Origin: Thraustochytrium aureum
Taxonomy: Eukaryota
NCBI GenBank assembly: GCA_012862495.1
Contig: BLSG01000397.1
Location: 75,066-138,289 of the forward strand
Direction of reading: 5' to 3'
Length of the DNA stretch: 63,224 nt
Shown here: one piece after another, positions 9,084 to 21,758 of the stretch
Layout: every line of letters begins with the position of its first letter
How positions within the stretch are numbered: the first letter of the stretch is position 1
Translations under genes and position numbers: made by a program
Notes under the pieces: generated by a model
Databases searched by the model: none
Told to the model about the DNA's origin: nothing
What the model saw: the letters and a program-made list of their open reading frames with translations, nothing else

Positions 9084-10415
9084 ATGCTGCGCGCGGCGGC
9101 GACTCGACGCCTGGCGGGGCTTGCGTCTTCCACCCCGCTCGTGAGAAGTTCGGGCGCCGGCCTCCCCGCCGCGCGGCGCGGACTTGCCAGCTCGCAGGAG
9201 CTGTTTGCGCTGGAAGAGCGGTACGGCGCGCACAACTATGCGCCGCTCCCGGTGGCGCTGGAGAAAGGACGCGGCGCCAAAGTGTGGGACGTCGAGGGTA
9301 AAGAGTATCTCGACTTTCTAAGCGCGTACAGCGCCGTCAACCAGGGCCACTGCCACCCGAAGATCTTGGAAGCCCTGGTGGACCAGGCAAGCCGGCTGAC
9401 GCTGACCTCGCGCGCGTTCTACAACGACCAGCTGGGCATCTACGAAAAGTACATCACCGAGCTGTTCGGGTACGACAAGGTCTTGCCCATGAACAGCGGC
9501 GTGGAGGCGGCCGAGACGGCAGTCAAGCTCTGCCGCCGGTGGGCCTACGACGTCAAGGGCGTGCCCAACAACGAGGCCGTCGTCCTTTTCGCTGAAAGCA
9601 ACTTTTGGGGCCGCAGCATTGCCGCCATCTCCTCCAGCTCAGACCCGACCTGCTACGAGCGGTTCGGTCCGTTCACGCCCGGCTTCGAGCTCGTGCCGTA
9701 CAACAACCTGGATGCGCTGGAGCTCAAGCTCCAGAGCAACCCGAACATCGCAGGATACATGCTGGAGCCGATCCAGGGCGAAGCCGGCGTTGTCGTGCCC
9801 GACGAGGGGTACCTTCGGGGAGTCAAGGCCCTGTGCGAAAAGTACAACGTGCTTTGCATATTTGACGAGATTCAAACGGGTCTCTCGCGCACGGGCCGCC
9901 TTTTGTGCTGCGACCACGACGGGGTGCGTCCCGACATTCTCGTGCTCGGCAAGGCGCTTTCAGGTGGCATGTACCCGGTCTCGGCAGCGCTCTGCAACGA
10001 CGATATTATGCTCAACATCAAGCCAGGCCAGCACGGCAGCACGTACGGCGGCTCGCCACTTGCGTGCCGCGTTGCGGTGGCCGCCCTCAAGGTCCTGGTG
10101 GATGAAAACTTGGCAGAGCGCGCACAAAAGCATGGTGAAACGTTTCGTGCTGCGCTTGGCGACCTGCAGCGCGAGATCGGGGAGCACACTATCCAGGCGG
10201 TGCGAGGCAAGGGCCTCTTGAACGCTATGGTGATCCGACCCGATGGCGACCGCGACGCGACCAAGCTTTGCTTGGAAATGAAGGAGCGCGGGCTGTTGGC
10301 GAAACCGACCCATGGCGACATCATCCGGTTTGCCCCGCCGCTGGTCATCAGCGACGAGGACCTCGCCAAGGGTATCGATATCATTGTCGGCGCTACGCGC
10401 GACATGTTCAAGTAG
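9084..10415 (+). CDS. OAT: ornithine aminotransferase, mitochondrial
   Basis: Arg-rich presequence [60 protein letters not shown] (PLP Lys), [23 protein letters not shown]. Confidence 0.97.
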   Translation: MLRAAATRRLAGLASSTPLVRSSGAGLPAARRGLASSQELFALEERYGAHNYAPLPVALEKGRGAKVWDVEGKEYLDFLSAYSAVNQGHCHPKILEALVDQASRLTLTSRAFYNDQLGIYEKYITELFGYDKVLPMNSGVEAAETAVKLCRRWAYDVKGVPNNEAVVLFAESNFWGRSIAAISSSSDPTCYERFGPFTPGFELVPYNNLDALELKLQSNPNIAGYMLEPIQGEAGVVVPDEGYLRGVKALCEKYNVLCIFDEIQTGLSRTGRLLCCDHDGVRPDILVLGKALSGGMYPVSAALCNDDIMLNIKPGQHGSTYGGSPLACRVAVAALKVLVDENLAERAQKHGETFRAALGDLQREIGEHTIQAVRGKGLLNAMVIRPDGDRDATKLCLEMKERGLLAKPTHGDIIRFAPPLVISDEDLAKGIDIIVGATRDMFK

Positions 10416-10945
10416 GAATCTGGCTCCGCGAATGCGCGTTGCTCGCAGGTGCACCTTGCGCTCTCGTCCATCGAGATGGCGGCCTTGTGGTGGGTGGAGC
10501 TTGGTATCGCGCAATTCGAATGAGCTTGATGCTTGCGCTGCTTAGTTGCGAGCCGAAACGGCGAACCACCAGGCCGACCCGAAAGCGGGCGCGCCGATCG
10601 CCCGTGCGGCAGTCGCCCGTGGCCCTCCGCAGGCGCGACCACGCAGCAACCCCAAAGCGTCTTTTCAACAACAGTTTTTATGTTTATGGAACCATGGCCC
10701 CTTGTGCGATGCTTGTGAGAACGCGGGGCGGTCACTGATGGTGATAGTTTGGCCCGAGAGGCGCTTTCCAAGACCCGCGTTCTGCGGCGCCAGCAGGAAG
10801 GATTCAGATGTAGCTTCGCGCAGGGCACGATTTTTTAAAGCTAGCGACGCTGTTATCCGTGGTGGTTGGACCGTGGCCACATTTGAGGGGGGGGGCACTT
10901 GGACGCGCGAGCACCGTTCCAGAGCAAATCCCTCGCGCATTGCGA

Positions 10946-12413
10946 TCACGTGCACATCCAAAAGCAGTTTGTTCGCCGAGGCCGCAAGCCTGGCTTTGCG
11001 CAACACGACACGTGCCTGTGCTCTGGTTTTCGGAAGCCCATGTAGTCCCGGACATTGATGGTCGTGTCCGGATCCCCTGACCGCATCAAGTGCACCATCT
11101 TGCCAATGTTCGACTCGATATTGCCAAGGAACACCTCAGCCCCGGCAAGGATCTCCATGTCTGACCAAAGCAGAACCGACTCTTCAAACTTGGACCTCTC
11201 GTCAAGAGCGCCAGAGTGATAACTCTCTATGGAGAAGCCGGACTTTTTCGGGGTCGCCGACGTCATAACAACAAAGTCGGGACCAAAGAGCTCGCGGAGC
11301 TCCACGACAGCGGCATAGTCATCCGTGGCAACGAAGATGAGACGCGGGACCTCAGCTTTGCCCTGGCCTCGATAGAAGCACTCGATCGCTTTCAGGTAGT
11401 CTGTCAAAGGCACAAACACGCTCTCCTGAGGGCCGCCACCGCGGCCGATCTTGTCTCCCCAGCGCACGTGAATCCCAATGTACTCGCGGCCTTGCAAAAC
11501 CGCCTCAAAAGGACGCTTGAAGTTGTCAACGCTCACGCGCGTGTGGTTCGCAAGGCTGTACACCCATCTGAACAGGATGCGCATGGCTTGCACGTCGTTG
11601 TCAGGCTGCAAGACGCCCACGAGTCCCGCGGCGCTCAATATATTCGCGTTCCGCACGGCTGCTTGCTCCGCGTTCTTGTCGTCGTAGACGGCGTACATCT
11701 TGACCGTGTGGCGCACCTTGGTGTCTTGGGAGTCGGGCTGCCACATTCGAAGAGACTTTGCGAGGCACTCGGGTTGAGAAAGCGGCTGGAAAAAGCACTC
11801 CCAGCCGAAATCGGGCGAGACTTGGCAGCCGTGGCCCCATCTGGACATAAAGCGCATAGCCCGCTCGTTGGATGGCCGCGCGTTTAGTGTGTGGCGAGCG
11901 AGCATCAACGGCCAGCCCATATCGGCCGTGAAGCCCCCGAAAATGTTCATGCCGCGGCGCTCAGAAAAGTACCAGTTGGGCACCGTGAGCAACGTCTGGT
12001 CCTTTTGCATGATCCCGTGATCTCCGCACCGGAAGGGGTTGCGTCGCTCTGCTTCGGCCAGCTGCTCTCGGCTTAGAGGCACGAATCTATCGTGCGGGTT
12101 AAAGGTGGGTAGCGGGGCCTTGGCCGGGGCACTGGAAGGCGGCCAGACGGCTTCGTGGTGTCGTTGCGCTACCAGCGCGGCCGTCATCTGGAAAGTGGGC
12201 GCCAAACCGCGCGAGCGATGCGCCCTCCTCAGGCCCCAGCAACGTGGAGGCAACGTCGGGCTGCCGTGCCTCGCGCTGTGCAACCGCGCCAGGTTTAAAC
12301 AACGCCCAAGACGCAAACTCTGCGCTCTTTGCCAGCACCAGCAGGGCTAGCGCGACAAGGAGGAGTTTGATGACAAACGGGGTGGCCCTTCGCTGCGCCG
12401 CATGGGGCCTCAT
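10946..12413 (-). CDS. GT23/FUT8-like alpha-fucosyltransferase, type II membrane protein (one frameshift near 12200)
   Basis: IGIHVRWGDK, IFVATDD, DMEILAGAEVFLGNIESNIGK. The N-terminal signal-anchor KLLLVALALLVLA lies in the overlapping frame (ORF 12099..12491). Confidence 0.72.
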
Positions 12414-12581
12414 CACGCGCGTTACTCTTCCTCTGCGCTCTGCGCCCTGTCGAGGCAGCCGCCTACTACGGACATTCAATATCCTGAACATCAGGCATCA
12501 GCTTCGCGCTCGTCAAGATATTGATCGGACAAGGGCTAGGGCAGACCGTCATCGCGCTGCTCTTGAGCCGAACGCTGCCAC

Positions 12582-12614
<33 letters not shown>

Positions 12615-13736
12615 TGGCTGTGGCTGGCCGCCTTGCTGTGCCACCAAGGCCTCGGAGTCCGTGGCAGTGCTCTTGACGCGGGCGGCTTGACCATCAACCA
12701 CACGACCACATGCGGCGAGAGCCACCGCATCCCTGTCGTCCTCGCTCGTCGCCAGCATCAAGTCGAGTCGGATCCTCCTTGCCAGCGAGCTGCAGACAAG
12801 CGTATGGGCGCCCGTCGACCCGAGGACTCGTCGAGGGGCCGCGGGCCTCGCGATCCTCGCGGACAATCTTCTCTCCCTCGCCGCGGCCCACCGCATCGGG
12901 CAAGTCGTGCAGCCACAGCGGCGCGCAGCCGCCACGCAGGCAGGCAGCNNNNNNNNNNNNNNNNNNNNNNNNNNNNNNNNNNNNNNNNNNNNNNNNNNNN
13001 NNNNNNNNNNNNNNNNNNNNNNNNNNNNNNNNNNNNNNNNNNNNNNNNNNNNNNNNNNNNNNNNNNNNNNNNNNNNNNNNNNNNNNNNNNNNNNNNNNNN
13101 NNNNNNNNNNNNNNNNNNNNNNNNNNNNNNNNNNNNNNNNNNNNNNNNNNNNNNNNNNNNNNNNNNNNNNNNNNNNNNNNNNNNNNNNNNNNNNNNNNNN
13201 NNNNNNNNNNNNNNNNNNNNNNNNNNNNNNNNNNNNNNNNNNNNNNNNNNNNNNNNNNNNNNNNNNNNNNNNNNNNNNNNNNNNNNNNNNNNNNNNNNNN
13301 NNNNNNNNNNNNNNNNNNNNNNNNNNNNNNNNNNNNNNNNNNNNNNNNNNNNNNNNNNNNNNNNNNNNNNNNNNNNNNNNNNNNNNNNNNNNNNNNNNNN
13401 NNNNNNNNNNNNNNNNNNNNNNNNNNNNNNNNNNNNNNNNNNNNNNNNNNNNNNNNNNNNNNNNNNNNNNNNNNNNNNNNNNNNNNNNNNNNNNNNNNNN
13501 NNNNNNNNNNNNNNNNNNNNNNNNNNNNNNNNNNNNNNNNNNNNNNNNNNNNNNNNNNNNNNNNNNNNNNNNNNNNNNNNNNNNNNNNNNNNNNNNNNNN
13601 NNNNNNNNNNNNNNNNNNNNNNNNNNNNNNNNNNNNNNNNNNNNNNNNNNNNNNNNNNNNNNNNNNNNNNNNNNNNNNNNNNNNNNNNNNNNNNNNNNNN
13701 NNNNNNNNNNNNNNNNNNNNNNNNNNNNNNNNNNNC

Positions 13737-16431
13737 GCAGAGCCCGTGGACGTGAGCAAGCTCGACCCGGAGACACTCCAAGCGCGCATCAAGGCGCAAG
13801 TCGAGTACTACTTTAGCCAGCAAAACCTCACGCGGGACGCGTACATGGTGTCCCAGATGAATGCCGAGGGGTATATTCTGGTCGCAACGATCGCCTCGTT
13901 CAAAAAGGTGCGCCACCTCACAGATGACCTTGACCTGATCATCAGGGCCGTCCAGGACAGCACTGTGTGCGAGCTGAGCGCGGACGGCACCATGCTCAAG
14001 ACAACGTGGAAGCGGCCCGCACGCACCACGATTATTCTCCGCGACGTTCCCGAAGAGACGGCGGAGGAAGACATCAAGGCGCTCTTCGACGACACTACCT
14101 ACTCGGTCGTGCACGCGCGCAGCGACGTCGGTCAGACCTGGTTTGTCACCATGGCCACCGAAGAGGATGCCAAGAGTGCAGTCCTCCACCTCCTCGGCAA
14201 GGCGCTCCATGGCCAGCCCGTTAAAGCGCGCCTCAAATCGGAGACGCTCCGGCCAGTGCCTCAGGCGGGTGCGCCCGCGTTCCAGCCTGCTGGTGCCATC
14301 GGTGCGCCCGTGCCTGGCGCTGTGCCGGGCGGGGTGTCTGGCACAGCCCCAGGAACGCCAATTATGGGCCAATTCCAGTACCAGGGCTACCCACCCAACA
14401 TGCCGCCTTACGGCAACATGCTCAATTATGGTGGCATGCCCGTGCAAGGCTGGGGAGGGGCGCCGATGGCCGGCGCTCCCTTTGGTGTACGTTAAGTTTG
14501 CTCCTTGCATCCGCGATTGTCTCGCCCCGCTTGCGTCGCTTTTGCTAGTGCGTTGCTCTCGCTCCTGGCGCCGATCATTGCTTTGCAACCTACCGCCCCA
14601 CCCCGCTGCTCCCGATGATTCTCAAATATGTGAACAATCTCCGACACTCTGTGACGCCAAAACATACTTTCGTTCTTATGATGGGAAGCAAGCGCGGGCA
14701 GGTGCACGCAATTCGGCCAAGGAAGGAGGCAGGTGCTCGCTCCATTTTCATTTGTCGCTGACCTTTGTTTTTCGCTGGGCGCAGGTGGACGCAGCTCCCT
14801 CGGCTGGCATGCAACGCGGTGCAGGCCGCAAAGACCAAGCCAAATTCGTCGGTATGGGCAAGCGAACCGGTTCTGGCGACCGCACGCAGCCCGACAGGCG
14901 CCAAGGCGCGCGCGGCCGGGTTTCGGAAGCGGAAGCCGAGAAGGGGCTCGGTCGCCGCACTGACAGGAGTAGCTCTGGCGTCGGGTCAGGATCGCAAAGC
15001 GGCGCTGGCGCGCGCAAGGGCAAGAAGAACCAGGCTCCGAGTGGTGTCGCGAAGAAGCCGCAAGCTCGAACCCCCGTCTTCAAACCTCAAGACTTTCCAT
15101 CTCTGACGATGGGCAAGCTGTCGCTCGACGAGCCAGCCGCAACTGTACGTTAACTTGTTTGTTGTTGCTTGCGGCGATGACGGGTTGGAGATCGCGACCC
15201 AAGCCACAAAACGTCCCCGTGAGCTCGTGCGAGCGGCGCCCTATGAGGATAAACGATCCGCGCTTGACCTGAAAATTATTCGTGTCGATACTCGAGATTA
15301 TTTCTTCACTTTGATCTGAGGGTAAACGTTCGCACGAGCTCACGACCCATCCATGCTTTCGCTGCTTCCCGTGCTGTTTCTAACGCTACTGTCTCTTCCG
15401 CCAACCTCCAGGATGAAGCTGCGCCGGAGGTGCCCCAAGGCGGGTCGGCCGAGTCGCATGCAACCGCTGGTGCCGACGACATCTCTGACCATCCCACACT
15501 TCTGGCTGCTGCATCGAGCTCTGCCAAAGCTGCTCCAGCTGGAAGCAGCTGGGCTGCCGCAGTAGCCAAGATCCCGCCGACCACGACGGCGTCGCCCCAG
15601 GCCGGCCCAGCAGCTGCCGCGCAGGCATCGCCCGAGCCAAGCCAGACGGCTTCGCCTTCTCCCTCGGCGCCCGTGACTGCGGCACCGGTTCCGTCGACGC
15701 AAGCCATAGTTGCTCCTGAGGCGCCGCACGTGGCCAGAGGGCGCGCGGCCTCGGTCGAGGCCGCGCAGGACAGCGTGCATGATCCTTTGACCTCTACGCT
15801 CTCTGAAGTCCAAGCTACAATGCAAGCCAAGCAGACCGCAGTCGAGCGCCCGAAGCGGGGCTGGGAGAAGCCGGACGTGGCCCCCAAGGTTGTTGCCGAT
15901 GTGCGTCAAATCGTTGACGACGTAGTCGGCGAATCCCTCGACTCTGTAGGGGCGATCAACGCAGAGCCGATCGAGGCTGAGCAGACCGCCGAGGCAGCGT
16001 CGTCGGCCCCCAGCGTCCCTATCGCGGCTAGCAAGGACCAAACGAAACAGCCGCAGGCTTCACCGGCCCGAGCGCGCAAAGGCGAGGCGACTGACGAGGA
16101 GCTCCTCAAATCAGCCTTCGGGGCCTGGGGCGCCAAAAAGTCGTTCGTGGACATCATCAAGGCGCCTCCGTCCTCCACGCCTAGCGCGGCTCAGGAAGTT
16201 GCGGCCCCGGCACCAGTGAGCGCTCAAGCTCCCGCGGATTCCTCCGTTCCTGTTGCGCCTTCTGCTCAGCGCGAAGGCAGCACGGCATTCTCACGCTCGT
16301 CAGAGGGCGGCAACGGGCCGAAAGTGACCAGCCTCGAGGGCAACTGGCGCAAGGCCAACAGGCCGCGCAAGCCTGTGCAGCAAGGAGGGGCTTCCTTGCA
16401 ACAGCGAACGCAGCAGCCAGCCGATGAGTGA
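13737..16431 (+). CDS. La-related RNA-binding protein (LARP4-like: La motif + RRM); 5' end in gap; exons 13737-14486, 14785-15144, 15412-16431
   Basis: IKAQVEYYFSQQNLTRDAYMVSQM..IASFKKVRHLT (La motif); RTTIILRDVPE..WFVT..PVKARLK (LARP4 RRM). Two phase-0 GT-AG introns keep the frame, with branch-like CTGAC/CTAAC upstream of the acceptors. Confidence 0.88.
14487..14784 (+). other. spliceosomal intron
   Basis: GTACGTTAAG...GCTGAC...GCGCAG; removes the in-frame stop and joins frames in phase 0. Confidence 0.8.
15145..15411 (+). other. spliceosomal intron
   Basis: GTACGTTAAC...TTCTAAC...CCTCCAG; phase 0, joins ORF 15430..16431 in frame. Confidence 0.8.
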
Positions 16432-17192
16432 TTGTTATCTGTAAACGTGGTCGTCAAGGCCCAGCGCAAACAGGGCGGGTCGAGCGTACTGCAGAGGCTC
16501 GTGTCGCGAATTGCGACGTATTTCGCATGAACGACTGAGTGGTGGCCACGCCCTTTCGACGTCGATGCCTTCCAGCAAGCTCTAGCTTGAGGTGGAGAAG
16601 CCAGCTCGGTGTCTTCTCCTGGAGCGCGACAAGCTGGGCGGGTGCGGCAGTTTGAGCGCTCGCCGCTTGGCTCCGTTTGCGCAACACAACCGAGCCACGC
16701 TCTTGAAGGCGTGGCTCGGGAGCCGCGCTTGTGATAGACTCGAACACTCGAAGGGACAGCACCCACAAATGAATGTTTTTGATGCTACGCCGTGTGGTTT
16801 GGATTTTGTTGCGCTAAAGGAGACGGGAGGCGCCTGCAAACCTTTGTGGGCCACGGAGGCGCCAAGCTGGAGAGGGCCCAGGCCGGCCCTGTAGGGGCTG
16901 CAAGCCAGCAACCCAGATGACGCAAAACTTGACGCGCGAAGTCCGAGACAAACTTGCTGGTGATCACGTGCGGACCACAGCAGTTGGCCCGGACAACTTC
17001 CTCGCGGAGGATGCGAAGCCACGAGCCGCTGGCAAGCGAGCCCCAACCACCATTAAAGACATGAAGGTCTTGCCGCAAGACTCCGCGCGACCGAAAGCAG
17101 ATCAGGAGGCCAAGCAGGCGGGGCCTCGCATAAACAAAGGGGCTTTCGAATGCAACAGCCGCAATCATCGTGTGGGAGACCCGGCATGGCGG

Positions 17193-17292
17193 TCGGCACG
17201 CCGGCCGCAAGGGCGGGCAAGCGAGTAGTCCTATTTGTGCTTTCGGCACGCCGGCCGCAAGGGCGGGCAAGCGAGTGGTCCTGTTTGTGCTT
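17193..17292. repeat. tandem duplication, 2 x 50 bp
   Basis: tcggcacgccggccgcaagggcgggcaagcgagt(a/g)gtcct(a/g)tttgtgctt occurs twice with 2 mismatches. Confidence 0.9.
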
Positions 17293-17834
17293 TTGAGTGA
17301 CGCTCGCATGAGCTCGCTCTCTCAATCCAAACAGATTTGGAAACTACCGAAGAAGAAGGTGGAAACGTTACGCTCAGCGTGACGCTGCGCGTCTACCGTG
17401 CGCGGCGCGCAAAAGCGCAAAGAGGTGCCCAACGCTGCCCACCAAAGGCTGCTTCCTGTGCAGCAACTGCTACGACATTCTCTAAGCACACTCTGTGTGA
17501 GTGTCCGTTGTTTCCGTTGCATTCGTTTCTCCTTGGAGTTACAAACGAGCTCAACAACGCAGCCGTCGCAATCTGGCCGGCTGGCCTGGCGCCAGTCGCG
17601 AAGCGCACCCTAGACCATAGCACGGCGGCGAGCCGACGTGCCGCGCAGCGTTTACGTGAACCGTCTCAGGGACACTGTCACCGCGTCGACAATCGTGCGA
17701 CGCGGCAATCCCGCCAGAAAGACCTGAGTTGGACCGAGTTGGCGCGCCGCACAGCGCAAGCAAACACCTTTGAACGGAAAGCAGCGGCTCCGTGGCAGCG
17801 CTGTGCCACGCTCCAACTTCCTTGGACTGGCGGG

Positions 17835-18944
17835 ATGGCGACCGATCCAGACAGCACGGTGTGCGATGAAGGGTGGACAGGCCTTGGCGACTTTTCGCCC
17901 GTGAAATCAGACTGTCATTTGAAGCTGCAAACGATGCAGATACTGGGTACAATAGCTCTCGCGTCTAGCGTGGCCTGCTCTGTCTGGCTGGGTTTCAAAA
18001 TCCTGTCCTCTCTCGACGATATTCGCGCGGTGTGGGCAAGTCGTGCGCACAGACACAACCTCCTGGTGTTCGTGTGCGCTCTGCTTTACAGCACCTTTGA
18101 GGCCGCCTTTTGGTCAATCAAGCTTTCCGACCACGGTGAAAGGGTTGGGACGACGTTCACCGCCACCGCCCTTTACGTCGTGACGCTCAATGTCTTTTAC
18201 GTCGCGAGCGTGGTCTTTCTCACTTCCTTTGTGACTTTTCTGACGCAGCAGGCGCAGGTTTTGGGCTCGCGCGACGATCGAAACGCGCTAAGGTCGCGCG
18301 TGTCAACACTTCGAACGTTTCTGCGGTGGAGCGCGACGATAAACTTCACCGCATCGCTTTGTGTATTCCTCCCGATCTCGAATCCGGACTGGATAGAGTT
18401 CGCTATTCGAGCACATTTTTCGTCCTTTGGGCTGAGTCTAGTGGCTCTCGGAAAGGTCGTTCTCCCGCGGATGTTGCGCCCGCTAGTCGCCAGCTTGGAC
18501 GAAATGCTTCACCTCGCGCCAAGCTCGGCCCCTGGAGCCACGAAGACTCGCGCCCGGTTCACCACGCTGAGAGACCAGCTCGTGTGTATACAGCGAATCG
18601 TAGGAGTGGCTTCACTTGCCTTAGCAGGGTTCATGCTGCCCGTTGTTATTTTCCCTCGAGACGCTGGCCGGCATGTCGCTCTTCTCCTTCCTGCAACAAC
18701 CGTCGCCGGAAACCTGGCCCTCTTCCTTGGCTCGAGAACGAAGCGGTCAACAACGTACACAGAGGACACAAAGGGCGGGACGCGGAACGCAAAGCCCAGG
18801 TGGGTTGGTTTTCTCTTCCACCCCATTCGGACCCAGGTGAATTCCTTTGGCGGGGCATCTACCCCAACATCGTCCCACGCAAAAGGAAGCAGCGTGTTGC
18901 CAGAAAGTGCCCAAAGGCTGAAGCTTGCTCCTGCTGCGAAGTAG
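17835..18944 (+). CDS. hypothetical multi-pass (about 7 TM) membrane protein with Cys-containing N-terminus
   Basis: MATDPDSTVCDEGWTGLGDFSPVKSDC followed by about seven hydrophobic segments and a Ser/Thr-rich tail. Confidence 0.68.
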   Translation: MATDPDSTVCDEGWTGLGDFSPVKSDCHLKLQTMQILGTIALASSVACSVWLGFKILSSLDDIRAVWASRAHRHNLLVFVCALLYSTFEAAFWSIKLSDHGERVGTTFTATALYVVTLNVFYVASVVFLTSFVTFLTQQAQVLGSRDDRNALRSRVSTLRTFLRWSATINFTASLCVFLPISNPDWIEFAIRAHFSSFGLSLVALGKVVLPRMLRPLVASLDEMLHLAPSSAPGATKTRARFTTLRDQLVCIQRIVGVASLALAGFMLPVVIFPRDAGRHVALLLPATTVAGNLALFLGSRTKRSTTYTEDTKGGTRNAKPRWVGFLFHPIRTQVNSFGGASTPTSSHAKGSSVLPESAQRLKLAPAAK

Positions 18945-19249
18945 TAGAGAAAAAAAGGTCATTTCTAATAGGCACCGGCGTGTACGGGGCTCACATCAAC
19001 ATGTTTATGGTTTCTGGCGGATGATGCGTTCTCAGCGTTTTTTCTCGCCATCTTCACAGCAAACTCGATAAACTCCTATGGGCCATCAAGCTTCATCGGG
19101 AGGCCTGTACGGGGCTGAATGGGGGACTCGTTCAGCAGGAGGCGACTGTCGCGCGAGCAGCGATGTCCCGTTTGGGTTTGCCTGGTTCTGTTAGCAGTTC
19201 TCGTCGCCAGCAACGCTGCATCAGCCGCACGCATGTGTAGAGTTCGGCT

Positions 19250-20765
19250 TCAGACCAGCTTTGCAGCAAAATCAAAACCACGCCGAGCTCTACTTGACAG
19301 CTGCGCCAGACGCGAGAGCTGCCGCCGCGGCAGCCCGGACCCAGCGATGGCCTTCGGGGACGCCGGGTTTGCCGCCGCCTTCGATTCGCCGGCGTCCGCA
19401 CCTTCTGCACCTCCCGCGCATGGAATGCAGGCGGGCTCTGCTTGTTCACCGCGCACGTCTATCGCCGTAGGCGCGGGCGGCGCAGGCGCGGGCGACTCAT
19501 CAGCCTCCGCCTCTGTGGTCGTTTTAACCGTCCCAGTACCAAAGACCTCGTAACGCACGCGGCTTTCAGGTATGCCCGCTCTGCTGAGCTCGTCGGTGAC
19601 GCCCTTGAGAAACCCGGTCGGCCCACACACGTAAAACTCCGGTTCGCGGTCTCCAATCTCAGCGAGAAGGGAACTCACTCGCTCGGCGAGGTCTGGTCGA
19701 CCATGCTCTTTAGAATGCACAACAACAAAGTTGGGGAGCTTGCCGAGCTGCGCGCTGAGCCCGTCACGCTCCGGCGTAGAGTCGACATGCAAACCGCCGA
19801 GTACGCGGTCGTCCCCAAAGTGAGCGTGGAACGCGATCATTGGCGTGATTCCGATTCCACCTGAGAGCAACACAGCGACGGCGTCGTCGCCTTCGNNNNN
19901 NNNNNNNNNNNNNNNNNNNNNNNNNNNNNNNNNNNNNNNNNNNNNNNNNNNNNNNNNNNNNNNNNNNNNNNNNNNNNNNNNNNNNNNNNNNNNNNNNNNN
20001 NNNNNNNNNNNNNNNNNNNNNNNNNNNNNNNNNNNNNNNNNNNNNNNNNNNNNNNNNNNNNNNNNNNNNNNNNNNNNNNNNNNNNNNNNNNNNNNNNNNN
20101 NNNNNNNNNNNCAGCGTTTTCGCCCCGGGCGGGCTCACGATTGTGTAGTGCCTGGGTGCCTCCTCGAGCCCGCAGCATCGCACTGTGATGAACTGGCCTG
20201 GCGCGAAATCAAACCCGCCTTCGTACCCGTCCGCTGCCTTCAAGTCGAACCGAACAGTGCTCTCGGCAACATCCGTCCGCGATTCGACCACGAACTCGCG
20301 CTCGTATCGCCATCCGCCCGTTCGCGCTTCGTTGGCCTGGTAGAGAGACTCCTCGGCCTCAATGCAGATTTCAGCAAGGGCTAGCACGGCCTCGGACCAG
20401 CCCGTTGCGATTTCAGGCGTCACAGCGCTGCCGAGTACCTTGCCGATCGCCGACATGAGGTTCTTGTGCACAATAGCGTAAAACTCTGGCTTGACGCTGA
20501 GCGCGCAGTGGCGGTGCGCCATTCGCGCCACGAGCGGCCCTAGGCGGTCGAGGTTTTCGATGTTGGCGGCGTACGCAACAACCGCGTCTGCCAGGGCACG
20601 CGGCTGCTTGCCCTTCTTCTGGTGTGACTTGTTGAAGAATGCAAGCACCTCAGGGTTCTTCTCAAACAGCTCGCCGTAGAAGGTCTGCGTGATTTCAAGC
20701 GCATGCTCGGCGACCACACTCGCCGTGGCCTTGACCACGTGGATTGCCGACTCGCTCAGCGTCAT
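19250..20765 (-). CDS. flavohemoglobin (NO dioxygenase), spans gap 19896-20111
   Basis: Globin: ITQTFY, FNKSHQKKGKQPRALA, AHRHCAL, YAIVHKNL. FAD domain: PGQFITV, RHYTI. NAD domain: LSGGIGITPM, FYVCGP, YEVFG. Confidence 0.93.
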
Positions 20766-21758
20766 CGCCGTTGACAGGGGTTTCTCTTCCGCGCGCGCGC
20801 GACGGGCCGTTCTTGCGTGATGTGCGACTTGCGAACTGGACTGGGCTGTCGAACGCGAATGTTTCGAGTCAAGTTTCGGCTTTACCGAGCATTGCCGAGC
20901 ATTGTGGCGCGGCAACTAGCTCCAAGCCGCCGCACCACAGTTGCAGGTCCCGATCGGAGAAAGCCGCGAACGGGGCGAAGATCAACACAACGCTGGACTT
21001 TCAACGGATAGATGCGCTACTGGCAACAACCACCGAGCGCACATTTCTCAGTCGTGGATGATCGAAGGCAAAAGGGCGGGGCCCCGCGACCGCAGTCCAT
21101 CGCAAGATCGCTAAGCTGGCATTTCTGAAAGGACAACTTACAGCTGCTCTGCACAGGTTTGATGCAGGTGCGCACCGTCCCTGTCTCCCAGAGGTATCCC
21201 GGCAACGGACATGTGCTCGAGTTCACTGCTGTTGAGAAGGCTCGCTGCCGTTGAACGGCGCGCCAGGAGGCTGTAAAGACAGGAGCGGAACGGCTCTCGC
21301 CGCGCTCGTTGCAGATGCGGTGCTTTAATTGGGGGGCTAAACCATCGATGCTGGGCTGGACCTTTTGGGCGACGGCTCCATTCCAAATGTATGTACTCTT
21401 CGTTTGCAGCGAGGCGCTCTACCTTTCCTGCCGACGAATTACGCTGCGATTTGCTCGTCACTGTGGTTTTGCAAACAAGCCGCGCACGGGCGGCACTCGA
21501 GCGCGTGCGGGCGCTGATTTCGCTGCTCTCTAGCTAGCTAGTGCTAATTCAAAGTCTGCCTGACCGGAGTTGTGCTTGATTGCGGAAGACGGGCACAGAT
21601 CGGCCCATCGGATGCCCAGCTGATTCATGAACAGGATCACTCTCAAAGCGACTAAGAATAAACCAAGGAGAATCCCACGCGCAACGCCACTTGGCGGTCG
21701 CCAGTCTGCCAACAGTGCATGCTTCCTGAAAGCAAAGCCTACACTGTTGGCACAGCTT

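Noticed and set aside
12549..13816. Several long ORFs spanning N-runs (also at 25126-26520 and 27711-29544)
   Set aside because: Their length is an artefact of translating through Ns.
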